Shown here: positions 36,110 to 36,571 of the stretch, piece by piece
How positions within the stretch are numbered: position 1 is the first letter of the stretch
Layout: each line of letters opens with the position of its first letter
Assembly (NCBI GenBank): GCA_001777665.1
Contig: MFEQ01000006.1
Location: 90,309 to 126,879, forward strand
Reading direction: 5' to 3'
Length of the DNA stretch: 36,571 bases
DNA from: Candidatus Doudnabacteria bacterium RIFCSPHIGHO2_02_FULL_42_25
GTDB taxonomy: Bacteria; Patescibacteriota; Doudnabacteria; UBA920; O2-02-FULL-48-8
Program-made: the position numbers and the translations under genes
The notes under the pieces: generated by a model
The model's database searches: none
What the model was told of the DNA's origin: nothing
The model's input: only the letters and a program-made list of their open reading frames with translations

Positions 36110-36156
36110 ATGGCAAATTGCTATAATCCATTGAACTCGAATCCGGAGGGAATCAA

Positions 36157-36471
36157 ATGAAAGGAACTGTCAAAAGAAACCCTAAGACCGAGGTCAACTA
36201 CCCCAGCAAAACATACACTGCATCAAATGAAGTGAGAAGCGACTTGTATCGGGGCTATGGTTGTGGTGTCTTCAGTCGTTATACGTGGAGTTCGTACTTC
36301 CAAGGCACAGCAGATCTCACTACACGACGCGTAGTGGATAGCCACAAGAGTTGCTGCCAGTCTTGCAAAGCGTTCCACAAATTAGAGTCCAAAGTCACAC
36401 GAAAAAAAGCGAAAGGACATTCTCGACGTAGACGTGACCGTGCTGGCAAAGCAGTTCAAAAAAAACGATGA
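36157..36471 (+). CDS. Basic, Cys-containing hypothetical protein
   Basis: SD GGAGGG; GCG...CCQSC; Lys/Arg-rich tail. Confidence 0.65.
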   Translation: MKGTVKRNPKTEVNYPSKTYTASNEVRSDLYRGYGCGVFSRYTWSSYFQGTADLTTRRVVDSHKSCCQSCKAFHKLESKVTRKKAKGHSRRRRDRAGKAVQKKR

Positions 36472-36490
36472 CTAACCAGGAGGAAAACTA

Positions 36491-36571
36491 TTGGCACTTC
36501 GTCATGATTGGGGTCTACGAGCCCTTCGTGGTTACAAGCTTGCACAACCGTTCTATGAGGCTCATCCGGAA
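36491..36571 (+). CDS. Hypothetical protein, 5' part (TTG start, runs off the window)
   Basis: SD AGGAGG; MALRHDWGLRALRGYKLAQPFYEAHP... Confidence 0.45.
   Translation, partial: MALRHDWGLRALRGYKLAQPFYEAHPE

Overview
Bacterial chromosomal window with Patescibacteria/CPR-like hallmarks (inferred from the absence of rpmD between rpsE and rplO, core genes mostly lacking SD motifs, and terminal extensions on ribosomal proteins). Almost all core genes are on the minus strand. In transcription order these are: tuf; the S10-spc cluster (rpsJ to secY) with a glpQ-like gene between rplC and rplD; two adk paralogues; map; htrA; ruvX; a central-carbon cluster (galT, tpiA, rpiB, rpe, split transketolase, PfkB kinase, fba, gap, pgk, gpmI); a pseudo-receiver; recJ; rnhA; murB; and a partial murA of the Cys->Asp type. 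Two non-coding features stand out. (1) Six copies of a modular inverted-repeat element, [TACnAA]x4-loop-[TTnGTA]x4, lie at stop/start junctions; five are inside the r-protein operon and one encloses a candidate attenuator. (2) An array of small, strongly SD-led, mostly membrane micro-ORFs at 35.0-36.6 kb is punctuated by three copies of a conserved two-stem CCACC...GGTGG-C-T7/8 element. Several other REP-like palindromes occur, some nested or recruited into coding sequence (L23, S17, Fba). No rRNA, tRNA, CRISPR array or transposase was seen. All calls are by-eye motif recognition; no searches were run.
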